Program-made: the position numbers and the translations under genes
Notes under the pieces: generated by a model
The model's database searches: none
What the model saw: only the letters and a program-made list of their open reading frames with translations
What the model was told of the DNA's origin: nothing
Shown: positions 21,667 to 30,856 of the stretch, in pieces
Numbering within the stretch: position 1 is the first letter of the stretch
How the letters are laid out: each line of letters opens with the position of its first letter
Source: an uncultured Enterobacterales bacterium
GTDB lineage: Bacteria; Pseudomonadota; Gammaproteobacteria; Enterobacterales; Psychrobiaceae
Assembly: GCA_937981905.1 (NCBI GenBank)
Contig: CALJMY010000156.1
Location: 1 to 54,668, forward strand
Length of the DNA stretch: 54,668 nt
Reading direction: 5' to 3'

Positions 21667-22478
21667 TATTTACCTCCAAAAATTCGTTTTAAGAAGCTAG
21701 TCTTTTCCTTAGTTAAGAAACGAAAATCGACTTCTTCACCTAATAAACGATCTATAGCATCTCCGTATGCTTGTCCTGCGTCACTTTCTGTATCTAATAT
21801 AACAGGTTCTCCTGAATTAGATGCTTTAAGTACCGCTGGTGACTCTGGGATAACTCCCATTAATTTAATTGCTAAGATATCAACGATATCTTCAACACTA
21901 AGCATTTCACCATCATCTACACGACTAGGGCTGTAACGAGTTACTAATAAATGCTCTTTAATTGGGGCTAAACCTTGTTCTGCTCGTTTAGATTTAGATT
22001 GTAGAATACCTAAAATACGATCAGAATCTCGTACTGAAGATACTTCAGGATTTGTAGTGATAACTGCTTGGTCAGCAAAGTATAATGCCATCATCGCACC
22101 AGCTTCTATACCAGCAGGTGAATCACAAATGATATAATCAAATGATTCTTTGAGCTCATCAATGACTTTACCAACACCTTCTTTAGTCAAAGCATCTTTA
22201 TCACGTGTTTGTGAAGCAGGAAGAATAAATAAATTCTTCACTCGTTTATCTTTGATTAATGTTTGATTTAAGTTGGCTTCGCCATTAATTAAATTAACAA
22301 AATCATAAACTACGCGTCGTTCACAACCCATAATTAAATCTAGGTTACGCAAGCCAATATCAAAATCGATAATAACCGTTTTATGGCCTTTTAAAGCCAA
22401 ACCTGTGCCGATTGCAGCACTGGATGTTGTTTTACCTACACCGCCTTTTCCTGATGTAACAACAATTACTTGAGACAT
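21666..22478 (-). CDS. minD: Septum site-determining ATPase MinD
   Basis: [19 protein letters not shown]-terminal amphipathic FLKRIFGG. Confidence 0.97.
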   Translation of the reverse strand: MSQVIVVTSGKGGVGKTTSSAAIGTGLALKGHKTVIIDFDIGLRNLDLIMGCERRVVYDFVNLINGEANLNQTLIKDKRVKNLFILPASQTRDKDALTKEGVGKVIDELKESFDYIICDSPAGIEAGAMMALYFADQAVITTNPEVSSVRDSDRILGILQSKSKRAEQGLAPIKEHLLVTRYSPSRVDDGEMLSVEDIVDILAIKLMGVIPESPAVLKASNSGEPVILDTESDAGQAYGDAIDRLLGEEVDFRFLTKEKTSFLKRIFGGK

Positions 22479-22498
22479 TTATTTATTCCTTAGTATAT

Positions 22499-23242
22499 TT
22501 AGATGGTGCTTAGCGGCTCAATAATAAGCTGCTCTTGTTCTAATTTTATAACGCTAGATTGCTGCCAAAGTGATTTTTCAATCGCATCGCTTGGCCAATA
22601 AGTTCCTGCAATAGAAACTAACTCAGCCTCTAACGATTGGCAGAATATAGCACTGCTTTTATTGCCGTTAGCACCAGCGATAGCGCGTCCACGCAGTTTT
22701 CCATATATATGTATATTACCATCAGCAATGACTTCAGCGCCATTACCAACAGTACCTACAATAATAAGATCAGCATCTTTTGCATATATTTGTTGGCCTG
22801 AACGTACATTTTGGCGAACAATCATATTAGGTGCTTTATTTGTTTCTATTACAGTAATTTCTTCTGGCTCAGATTCTATAACAATAGGATCTGCAGCTGG
22901 CTCTTCAATAAGAATCTTAGGTTTATTCTCATTTGCTTTTGGAGGTCGTAATGTCGCTAATCCAGCAAGTCGTGCAAGATTTTTTTGCTCATTAGTACCA
23001 TTACAAATACCTACACAAATAAAATCTTTTTCTTCAATAAACTGTTTTAATTTTAAAAAGTCTATTTCTTGATCGTCAACCTGTTCTATATTAATAACGA
23101 GTGGTGCACGAAAGAAGAATGCGGGAGCTTGTTTTAATTTATTATCGAGCTGTGATTGCAATTTTTCTAAATTATTATCTTCAAGTTGCAGGATAGATAG
23201 TGGAAAAAGACTGCCTTTTAATTCGGCACTGGTGGTTGGCAT
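22499..23242 (-). CDS. minC: Septum site-determining protein MinC
   Basis: ELKGS, QAPAFF, VRSGQQIY, GAEVIADGNIHIYGKLRGRAIAG. Confidence 0.96.
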   Translation of the reverse strand: MPTTSAELKGSLFPLSILQLEDNNLEKLQSQLDNKLKQAPAFFFRAPLVINIEQVDDQEIDFLKLKQFIEEKDFICVGICNGTNEQKNLARLAGLATLRPPKANENKPKILIEEPAADPIVIESEPEEITVIETNKAPNMIVRQNVRSGQQIYAKDADLIIVGTVGNGAEVIADGNIHIYGKLRGRAIAGANGNKSSAIFCQSLEAELVSIAGTYWPSDAIEKSLWQQSSVIKLEQEQLIIEPLSTI

Positions 23243-23359
23243 GGATAGTTATCCCAAAAAGTAATAAACAATTGCTATAAATAATTATGTTTTGTAACAC
23301 CTCATGGTATATTCTCGCATACTAGTTATCAAGTTGTGAATACAGGTTTTTAAAATCTT

Positions 23360-23632
23360 ATGATTGTTGCCGTTTATAAAAGTACTAAAAAATTAGATAC
23401 ATATTTATTTATTGAAAAGAGAGATGACTTTTCTCCTGTTCCTAAATTATTATTGCAAACGTTTGGTAAACCCAAATTTGTAATGCTGGTGCCGCTGACT
23501 AAACGTGATCTATCAATGGCTGATAAACATAAAGTAATGGAAAAAATTCGTGAGCAAGGTTTTTATTTGCAAATGCCGCCGCCTGTTGTAGATTTACTTA
23601 AAGAATTTAAAAAAAACCAAGCAGAAAAATAA
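23360..23632 (+). CDS. ycgL: YcgL domain protein
   Basis: AVYKSTKKLDTYLF...DDFSPVP..LL..FG, QGFYLQMPP; divergent from minC. Confidence 0.9.
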   Translation: MIVAVYKSTKKLDTYLFIEKRDDFSPVPKLLLQTFGKPKFVMLVPLTKRDLSMADKHKVMEKIREQGFYLQMPPPVVDLLKEFKKNQAEK

Positions 23633-23645
23633 TTATTTAGGAAAA

Positions 23646-24626
23646 ATGATGTTGTTACGTTTTATTTTATTAGTATTAACTTTAAGCACAGCATTTTCTG
23701 GTTACGCTAAGTCACAATTATCATTTCATGAATACATTAAAGAACTTGAGTCTAAACTCATTAAAAATGGAAGTAATGCTTACAAAACCAAAGAAGCATT
23801 TCATCAAGTAAAATTATTTAAGAAAGCTGTTGTCGTTCAAGAGCAAACACAACAGCGTCAACCTACCTTAGACACTTACATCCCCGAAGTTGTTAATGAA
23901 CAGCGAGTCAAAAAAGCAAGAACATTATACAAAACTCATTTACCGCTACTTAAAGAAATTGAACGTAAATATAATATTCAGCCTCGTTTTATTATTGCTT
24001 TATGGGGAGTATCCAGTGACTTCGCCGACGAAATAGATGGTTATAATGCATTGAGTGTTTTAAGTTCGCTTGCTTATACTAACCCTAATGATAAAACCTA
24101 TTATACTGAAATTGAAAGTGTAGTTAATTTACTCAATAGTAATGATGTTGGCCTTTCAGGTATTAAAAGTGATCGGTCTGGTAAGGTTGGCTTATTTAGT
24201 TTAAGTGCACAGCAATATTCAAGTAGTCATCAAGATTATGATAATGATGGTAAATCAGATATATGGCGTTCCATGGGAGATAGTTTTGCGACCACAGCTA
24301 AGTATTTAGCTGATAATGGATGGGAAAATGACTTCACATGGGGGCGACAAGTTAAGCTACCAAAGAATTTTGATAATCGTTTAATTGCTAAAGACGAATA
24401 TTTAACACTGTCACAATGGAAAAAAATTGGATTAACACGTTTTGATGATAGAGACTTACCTAATGCCCAACTTAAAGCTAAAATAACTGCTCCTGATGGT
24501 GCTAATGGGCGAGTTTATTTAACTTATAAGAACTTTGAATATTTAATGAAATTAAATGATTCGTTATATAACTCAATCGCAGTTGGTTACTTATCCAATA
24601 GAATAAAATTCCCACCAATCAAATAA
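23646..24626 (+). CDS. MltB/Slt35-like lytic murein transglycosylase homolog with a degenerate active site
   Basis: RFIIALWGV, EF-hand-like DYDNDGKSDIW, AKYLADNGW, WGRQV.LP; the expected catalytic Glu position reads Ser. Confidence 0.8.
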   Translation: MMLLRFILLVLTLSTAFSGYAKSQLSFHEYIKELESKLIKNGSNAYKTKEAFHQVKLFKKAVVVQEQTQQRQPTLDTYIPEVVNEQRVKKARTLYKTHLPLLKEIERKYNIQPRFIIALWGVSSDFADEIDGYNALSVLSSLAYTNPNDKTYYTEIESVVNLLNSNDVGLSGIKSDRSGKVGLFSLSAQQYSSSHQDYDNDGKSDIWRSMGDSFATTAKYLADNGWENDFTWGRQVKLPKNFDNRLIAKDEYLTLSQWKKIGLTRFDDRDLPNAQLKAKITAPDGANGRVYLTYKNFEYLMKLNDSLYNSIAVGYLSNRIKFPPIK

Positions 24627-24757
24627 CATTCGTTATCATTTATAACCTCTAAGCTTAAATTATTTGGGCTTAGAGGCGTGAGTTATTCTTTTCTTTGTTA
24701 TCTCTTTTTTTGTTATACTCCAATCATTAAAATATCTTTTTCAGTAGTAATTAAATT

Positions 24758-25210
24758 ATGAGTAAACGACAACCATTTTGGGAAGCTAAATCACTGGCTC
24801 AAATGAATGAGCAAGAATGGGAATCGTTGTGTGACGGTTGTGGTAAATGTTGCTTAAATAAAGTAATTGATGATGAAACAGAAGAGCTTTTTTTTACTAA
24901 TGTAGCGTGTCAATTATTAGATACTAAATCCTGTCAATGCAGTGATTATTCTAATCGTTTTAATAAAGTACCAGATTGCTTTAAAGTAACTTTAGATAAT
25001 CGCGACAGTTTTGGTTGGTTGCCTGCAAGTTGTGCTTATCGGTTATTAGACGAAGGAAAAACGTTGCCTAGTTGGCATCCTTTATTAGTCGGTAATTCTA
25101 CTAAAATGCACCAAGTAGGCCAATCGGTTCGTGGTAAAGTGATAAGTGAAAATGATGCTGGTGATTTAGAAGATCACGTTGTTTATTGGCCATTAAACTT
25201 AGAACCTTAA
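24758..25210 (+). CDS. ycgN: YcgN family cysteine-cluster protein
   Basis: [17 protein letters not shown]...[13 protein letters not shown]. Confidence 0.92.
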   Translation: MSKRQPFWEAKSLAQMNEQEWESLCDGCGKCCLNKVIDDETEELFFTNVACQLLDTKSCQCSDYSNRFNKVPDCFKVTLDNRDSFGWLPASCAYRLLDEGKTLPSWHPLLVGNSTKMHQVGQSVRGKVISENDAGDLEDHVVYWPLNLEP

Positions 25211-25246
25211 CTTTATAAAGATCAAGGTCTAGATATTTTTCTACAT

Positions 25247-25285
25247 AAAAAAACGCTTATAGCTAAAGAGGCATAAGCGTTTTTT
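25247..25285. terminator. Bidirectional terminator (ycgN / dsbB)
   Basis: AAAAAAACGCTTAT...ATAAGCGTTTTTT. Confidence 0.8.
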
Positions 25286-25321
25286 ATTAAATTAAATATG
25301 CCACCAAAAAATTAATAACTT

Positions 25322-25846
25322 CTATATTTTAAATTGGTTTGAAGGTCGTAATCTATTAAGCACTACAATTGCTAAACTCACACAAAAAGCTGCGAACACA
25401 ACTACCATCCATTGAGACATAGACCAATTTAGAAAAGTCCATGAGATAGAAGCACAATCACCATCAGCTTTAAAAAAGAATGGAATCCATTCATCTACAG
25501 GAATCGTATGAGTAAAGTTTGGTCGAAATTCACAACTAAAGAAAGGAGACTGAGTAACTTGTATTTTTACATGTTCTAACGCGAGCATTAATCCTTTAAT
25601 TGCACTAAACGCCCACAGTCCATAAGCCATTAATCTAACTATTAATTGTTTTGGCGCTATTGCACCAAGTAACCCAGCAAATACTACACCTAGCACTGCT
25701 GTGCGTTGATAAATACACATAATGCAAGGTGCTAGTCCCATGACATGTTGAAAGTACAAAGCAATCAATTCAAAGATTGTTGCAACCGCGGCTAATGACA
25801 ACCAAGCTTTTCTTGATTCAGGTAACGCATGTAAAAAAGTTAACAT
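25322..25846 (-). CDS. dsbB: Disulfide bond formation protein B
   Basis: LAPCIMCIYQR, second Cys pair (SCEF...GDC), four TM helices; follows nhaB. Confidence 0.95.
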   Translation of the reverse strand: MLTFLHALPESRKAWLSLAAVATIFELIALYFQHVMGLAPCIMCIYQRTAVLGVVFAGLLGAIAPKQLIVRLMAYGLWAFSAIKGLMLALEHVKIQVTQSPFFSCEFRPNFTHTIPVDEWIPFFFKADGDCASISWTFLNWSMSQWMVVVFAAFCVSLAIVVLNRLRPSNQFKI

Positions 25847-25886
25847 AGAAAACTCATTAAAATTATAAAGGCATTAAATTTAAAGT

Positions 25887-25919
25887 AAAAAAAAGCGTAT
25901 ATTTCTATACGCTTTTTTT
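25887..25919 (-). terminator. Intrinsic terminator after nhaB
   Basis: AAAAAAAAGCGTAT-atttct-ATACGCTTTTTTT. Confidence 0.8.
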
Positions 25920-25937
25920 GTTTTTAACAATCACTAA

Positions 25938-27533
25938 CTAGTGACCGCCTTTAGATGGCGAATGTGGAATGCTAGCATCATGATGATTGATGTAGCCTTT
26001 CTCATAAAGTGTATCTGTAGAGTCCGCTAAGAATCCTGATTGAATACAGATGAAGCCAACAATCGATAAAACGATAGTGTAAGGCAGAGCCATGAAAACC
26101 ATACGTCCGTAGCTTAATCTAATTAACGGCGCTAGTGCACTTGTTAGCAAGAATAAGAAAGCAGCTTGACCGTTTGGTGTTGCAACACTAGGTAAATTAG
26201 TACCTGTATTGATTGCTACAGCTAACATATCAAATTGATCACGGGTTATACGACCATCAGCCAATGCTGTTGATATTTGTTCGATGTATACAGTACCAAC
26301 GAACACATTATCACTAACCATCGATAACAAGCCGTTAGCAATGTAGAACATCACCATTTGTGTATTACCTTCATAACTTAATACCCAGTTAATGACTGGT
26401 GTAAATAAGTGCTGATCAATGATTACAGCAACAACAGCAAAGAATACAGCTAATAGAGCAGTGAAAGGCAATGCTTCTTCAAATGCTTTACCAAGTGCGT
26501 GTTCTTCAGTGATGCCATTAAAGGCTGTTGCTAATACAATAACAGATAAACCAACAAGACCAACCGCTGCAAAATGGAATGATAAAGCAACCACTAACCA
26601 AACAGCAATAACGCCTTGGATAATAAGTTTTGCTTTATCTTTCGATGTGCGCTTCTTGTCTTGATCTTCTGAAAAATCGCTTAATACTTTATGAACATTG
26701 GTAGGTAGTTTTACACCGTAGCTAAACCAACCCATTTTTTCTACAATAAAACAAGTTAATAAACCGAAGAAAAATACAGGAATAGTTACAGGTGACATAC
26801 GAATAGCGAATTCAATAAATTCCCATCCTGCTCTTTCAGCAATGATAAGATTTTGTGGTTCGCCTACTTTTGTCATTACACCACCTAACGCGGTACCAAC
26901 CCCGGCATGCATTAGTAAGTTACGTAAAAAACCACGAAATTGTTCTAAATCTTTCTTATGAGTTTCATGAAATTCTTCTTCGTTAGTATGGTCATGATCA
27001 TGGTCATAATGTTTACCTGAAGATACTTTGTGGTAAACGCTATAAAAGCCAATAACAACACTGATAATTACTGCAATAACCGTTAATGCATCTAGAAATG
27101 CTGATAAAACTGCAGCTGAGAAACAAAATGCTAATGAAAGGGCTACTTTAGAACGAAGCTTTGTAATTAGCTTGGTAAACATATATAGCAGCAATTCTTT
27201 CATGAAGTAGATACCAGCAACCATGAAAATTAATAATAAAACAACTTCCATATTAGCCGATAATTCATGAAGTACTGTACCTGGAGAGGTCATGCCAATC
27301 GCAACAGCCTCAATAGCTAGTAAACCACCTGGTTGAAGTGGATAACACTTCAACGCCATTGCTAACGTAAAAATAAACTCAGCAACTAATAACCAACCAG
27401 CAACAAACGGGTCAATTAAAAAGAAAACAAAAGGGTTAATCACTAAGAAAGTAATTATTGCTAATTTATACCATTTAGGGGATTGCCCTAAAAAATTATG
27501 CATAAACGCTTGGTTAAGTGATATTGATGACAT
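25938..27533 (-). CDS. nhaB: Na+/H+ antiporter NhaB
   Basis: [54 protein letters not shown]. Confidence 0.96.
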   Translation of the reverse strand: MSSISLNQAFMHNFLGQSPKWYKLAIITFLVINPFVFFLIDPFVAGWLLVAEFIFTLAMALKCYPLQPGGLLAIEAVAIGMTSPGTVLHELSANMEVVLLLIFMVAGIYFMKELLLYMFTKLITKLRSKVALSLAFCFSAAVLSAFLDALTVIAVIISVVIGFYSVYHKVSSGKHYDHDHDHTNEEEFHETHKKDLEQFRGFLRNLLMHAGVGTALGGVMTKVGEPQNLIIAERAGWEFIEFAIRMSPVTIPVFFFGLLTCFIVEKMGWFSYGVKLPTNVHKVLSDFSEDQDKKRTSKDKAKLIIQGVIAVWLVVALSFHFAAVGLVGLSVIVLATAFNGITEEHALGKAFEEALPFTALLAVFFAVVAVIIDQHLFTPVINWVLSYEGNTQMVMFYIANGLLSMVSDNVFVGTVYIEQISTALADGRITRDQFDMLAVAINTGTNLPSVATPNGQAAFLFLLTSALAPLIRLSYGRMVFMALPYTIVLSIVGFICIQSGFLADSTDTLYEKGYINHHDASIPHSPSKGGH

Positions 27534-27839
27534 GTGTTCCTCACGTAGGGTTAAAACAGACAGTTAATTGTTTATAAAAATTAATAGAAGCAATTCGAAT
27601 TTAAAATAATATCTTCATTTCGAATTGTTTTATATACATTTTTTATTACACAATAAATAATTCCATCTATTATGAGTCAATTTTACAAGTAATCTACTTA
27701 GTTCTAGCTATATTATCAAATTATTTTAAATTTTTGCTCGTTAATTAATCATAAACTTGATGAGTTAATAAATCGGTGTCAATTTTTGTTAGCTCTGCTA
27801 TTATTCTGGAAAATTTGTTGAAATTGATTTGAGTAATAA

Positions 27840-28559
27840 ATGATTTATAAAGCGCAGAGCCCCGCTGGATTTGCTGAAGAGTATTTAGTCGATTCTATTT
27901 GGACTGGACGTTTTCCACCAGGTTCTTATTTACCGGCAGAACGTGAGCTTTCAGAATTGATAGGCGTAACTCGAACAACGCTCAGAGAAGTCTTACAACG
28001 TTTATCTCGTGATGGGTGGTTGAAGATACAACACGGTAAACCAACTAAAGTAAATAATTACTGGGAAACAGCGGGCTTAAATGTACTTGTCACAATGGCA
28101 CGTCTTGATCAAAGCGGTATTCCTGAATTAGTTGATCAATTATTATCTGCACGAACTAATGTATCAATCATCTATATTCGCGCTGCTGTTAAAAATGCAT
28201 CAGAAAAAAGTATTGAAATTCTAGAACAATATAAAACCATTGAAGATAATGCAGAAGCCTATTCTGATTTTGATTACTCTTTACACAATCAACTAGCGTT
28301 TGCATCTGGCAATCCTATTTACGTGTTAATTCTTAATGGCTTTAAAGATATGTATGGTCGCTTAGGCAAGTTGTACTTTAGCTTAGATGAAGCTCGCCGA
28401 TTAGCAGATGATCATTATGAAGAATTACTGGCATTAGCGAAGGCAGGTGACTTTGAACAAGTTGTTACTGCAATGAGACAATACGTGTTGAGAACCGGTA
28501 AACTTTGGTTATCGTTGCGTGAAAGACTACCAACAGATATTGTTGTACCAATTCGTTAG
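27840..28559 (+). CDS. fadR: Fatty acid metabolism regulator FadR (GntR family)
   Basis: KAQSPAGFAEEY, LPAERELSELIGVTRTTLREVLQRL; divergent from nhaB. Confidence 0.96.
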   Translation: MIYKAQSPAGFAEEYLVDSIWTGRFPPGSYLPAERELSELIGVTRTTLREVLQRLSRDGWLKIQHGKPTKVNNYWETAGLNVLVTMARLDQSGIPELVDQLLSARTNVSIIYIRAAVKNASEKSIEILEQYKTIEDNAEAYSDFDYSLHNQLAFASGNPIYVLILNGFKDMYGRLGKLYFSLDEARRLADDHYEELLALAKAGDFEQVVTAMRQYVLRTGKLWLSLRERLPTDIVVPIR

Positions 28560-28583
28560 TTATATCTGCTAATAATAAGATAT

Positions 28584-28614
28584 AAAAAAGGGCCGCTATG
28601 AAGCGGCCCTTTTT
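28584..28614. terminator. Bidirectional terminator (fadR / sodB)
   Basis: AAAAAAGGGCCGCT-atga-AGCGGCCCTTTTT. Confidence 0.9.
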
Positions 28615-28658
28615 GTTGCTCTACTTATTTTTCTACTTAGGATTACTAAATAGAAGAA

Positions 28659-29243
28659 TTAGCCTGCAAAGTTTGCAGAAGCGAATTCCCAGTTTGCTAG
28701 TGCCCAAAAACCACCTAAGTAGTTAGGACGAACATTACGGTAATCAATGTAGTAAGCGTGTTCCCAAAGATCAACAGTTAATACTGGTGTTAAGCTTTCA
28801 TCAGTTAAAGGTGTTGCAGCATTGCTAGTGTTAACAATGTCTAAGCTACCGTCAGCTGTTTTAACTAACCAAGTCCAGCTTGCGCCGAAGTTGTTAACTG
28901 CTTTATCGTTGAATGCAGCAACGAACTCAGCAAAAGAACCAAACTTAGCATTGATTGCGTCGCTTAGTGCGCCAGTAGGCTCACCGCCACCTTGTGGGCT
29001 AAGGCTGTTCCAAAAAAATGTATGGTTCCAGATTTGTGCTGCGTTGTTAAATACACCGCCTTCAGAAGTTTTGATGATTTCTTCTAATGATTTAGATGCT
29101 AAATCAGTACCTTCAACTAAACCGTTCAGTTTAGCAACGTAAGTAGCGTGGTGTTTACCATGATGAAACTCTAAAGTTTCTTGTGACATGTGTGGTGCTA
29201 GTGCATCAATTGCATACGGTAATGCTGGTAGTTCGAACGCCAT
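28659..29243 (-). CDS. sodB: Superoxide dismutase [Fe]
   Basis: [16 protein letters not shown] (Fe-type), DLWEHAYY. Confidence 0.95.
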   Translation of the reverse strand: MAFELPALPYAIDALAPHMSQETLEFHHGKHHATYVAKLNGLVEGTDLASKSLEEIIKTSEGGVFNNAAQIWNHTFFWNSLSPQGGGEPTGALSDAINAKFGSFAEFVAAFNDKAVNNFGASWTWLVKTADGSLDIVNTSNAATPLTDESLTPVLTVDLWEHAYYIDYRNVRPNYLGGFWALANWEFASANFAG

Positions 29244-29485
29244 GGTGGTTCTCCTGATTAAATTGCCTATTTTAGGCTTATATATTTATTGCTCATAGAT
29301 ATAATACATCATCAAATTCATCTTGGTCAAAAATGAATGCAGGATTTAAGCGTTAAATTACTCAAAGATTAAACACGTAGTAAATATGGGGTTTAGTGTT
29401 GGCTCGTGACAGGTTACAATCAACGTAATTATATTTTTTACTCAATTTTTATTTAATATTGAGTGCGATCGACTAAGGAATTTTA

Positions 29486-29818
29486 ATGGATACTATCGAA
29501 CAAATTAAACAACAACTTTCAGAAAACCCAATCATTTTATATATGAAAGGTTCTCCGAAACTACCTAACTGTGGTTTTTCTTCGCAAGCATCACAAGCTA
29601 TTATGAGCTGTGGTGAAAAGTTTGCATTTGTAGATATTTTGCAAAACCCAGATATTCGTTCTGAATTACCAAAATATGCTAATTGGCCTACATTCCCACA
29701 ATTGTGGGTTGATGGCGAATTAGTAGGCGGCTGTGATATTATTTTAGAAATGTTTCAACAAGGTGAATTACAACCTTTACTAAAAGAAACAGCTGAAAAG
29801 TACTCAGCAGCAGAATAA
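29486..29818 (+). CDS. grxD: Monothiol glutaredoxin Grx4
   Basis: CGFS, WPTFPQLW, GGCDI. Confidence 0.96.
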   Translation: MDTIEQIKQQLSENPIILYMKGSPKLPNCGFSSQASQAIMSCGEKFAFVDILQNPDIRSELPKYANWPTFPQLWVDGELVGGCDIILEMFQQGELQPLLKETAEKYSAAE

Positions 29819-29862
29819 ATTAAATTGAAAAGCTCTCACGAGCACTTAAAACGGAGATACAC

Positions 29863-30468
29863 ATGAGCGTATTAGTAGGACGTCCGGCACCGGATTTCAC
29901 AGCAGCAGCAGTATTAGGTAACGGCGAAATCGTTGATTCTTTCACTTTAAGTGAAGTAATCAAAGGTAAAAAAGCAGTACTTTTCTTCTACCCATTAGAT
30001 TTCACTTTCGTATGTCCATCTGAGCTTATCGCTTTTGATGCACGTTTTGAAGAGTTCCAAAAGCGTGGCGTTGAAGTAATCGGTGTTTCTATCGATTCAC
30101 AATTCAGCCACAATGCATGGCGTAATACTCCAGTAAACGAAGGTGGTATCGGTCCAGTTCGTTATACTTTAGTTGCTGACGTTAAGCACACAATCTGTCA
30201 AGCATACGATGTTGAGCATCCTGAAGCTGGCGTTGCATTCCGTGGTTCTTTCCTAATTGATGAAGAAGGCAATGTTCGCCATCAAGTAGTTAACGACTTA
30301 CCATTAGGTCGTAACGTTGACGAAATGATCCGTATGGTTGACGCACTTGCATTCCATCAAGAAGTTGGCGAAGTTTGTCCAGCTGGTTGGAATCAAGGCG
30401 ATAAAGGTATGGACGCATCTCCAGAAGGCGTAGCTAGCTACCTTGCTGAGAATGCAGATCAACTATAA
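29863..30468 (+). CDS. 2-Cys peroxiredoxin (AhpC/TsaA family)
   Basis: FYPLDFTFVCPSE, GEVCPAGW. Confidence 0.93.
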   Translation: MSVLVGRPAPDFTAAAVLGNGEIVDSFTLSEVIKGKKAVLFFYPLDFTFVCPSELIAFDARFEEFQKRGVEVIGVSIDSQFSHNAWRNTPVNEGGIGPVRYTLVADVKHTICQAYDVEHPEAGVAFRGSFLIDEEGNVRHQVVNDLPLGRNVDEMIRMVDALAFHQEVGEVCPAGWNQGDKGMDASPEGVASYLAENADQL

Positions 30469-30496
30469 GTTTAATTAAAACTTAAAGTTTTTATTG

Positions 30497-30522
30497 AGGC
30501 CGCTTTTATAGCGGCCTTTTTT
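30497..30522 (+). terminator. Intrinsic terminator after the peroxiredoxin gene
   Basis: GAGGCCGCT-tttat-AGCGGCCTTTTTT. Confidence 0.85.
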
Positions 30523-30531
30523 ATGCCTGAT

Positions 30532-30813
30532 TTACAGCTAACATTGGTTGATTATGATTTTGAAATTTTTAGCATAATTGGAGTGATGGATGACAATAAT
30601 TGGGAAGATATGATGGAACGTTGTTCAAGTAATTATTAACACAAAGTTAATTACTTCCTGAATTTTAACAATAAAGAAGATAACAAAAATCTAATTGTAC
30701 CAGATTCTTATTATTTATATGATCAAGGTTTTGAAGAAGTATTAAACTTAATCGAAATGGGTTGTGATGGTTTATTTGATACAATTGAAAGGCATAAAAA
30801 AAGCAGCGATTAA
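30532..30813 (+). pseudogene. C-terminal remnant of a low-molecular-weight protein-tyrosine phosphatase
   Basis: Manual translation: ...DFEIFSIIGVMDDNNWEDMMERCSSNY*HKVNYFL...IVPDSYYLYDQGFEEVLNLIEMGCDGLF.... This matches the LMW-PTP pattern (DF..FD.I.AMD..N; VPDPYY...GFE.VL.LIE.GC.GL). In-frame TAA at 30637; no start codon region or CxxxxxR P-loop. Confidence 0.8.
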
Positions 30814-30833
30814 CTAATTAATCGCTGCTTTTT
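30796..30833 (-). terminator. Intrinsic (bidirectional) terminator of rne
   Basis: AAAAAAAGCAGCGATTA-actaat-TAATCGCTGCTTTTT. Confidence 0.85.
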
Positions 30834-30856
30834 AGAAGTATGTAACGTTAAACTAG

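Noticed and set aside
27534-27839. Possible ion-sensing riboswitch in the nhaB leader (CAATTCGAA...TTCGAATTG inverted repeat)
   Set aside because: A single AT-rich stem with no recognisable riboswitch consensus; an Rfam search would be needed.
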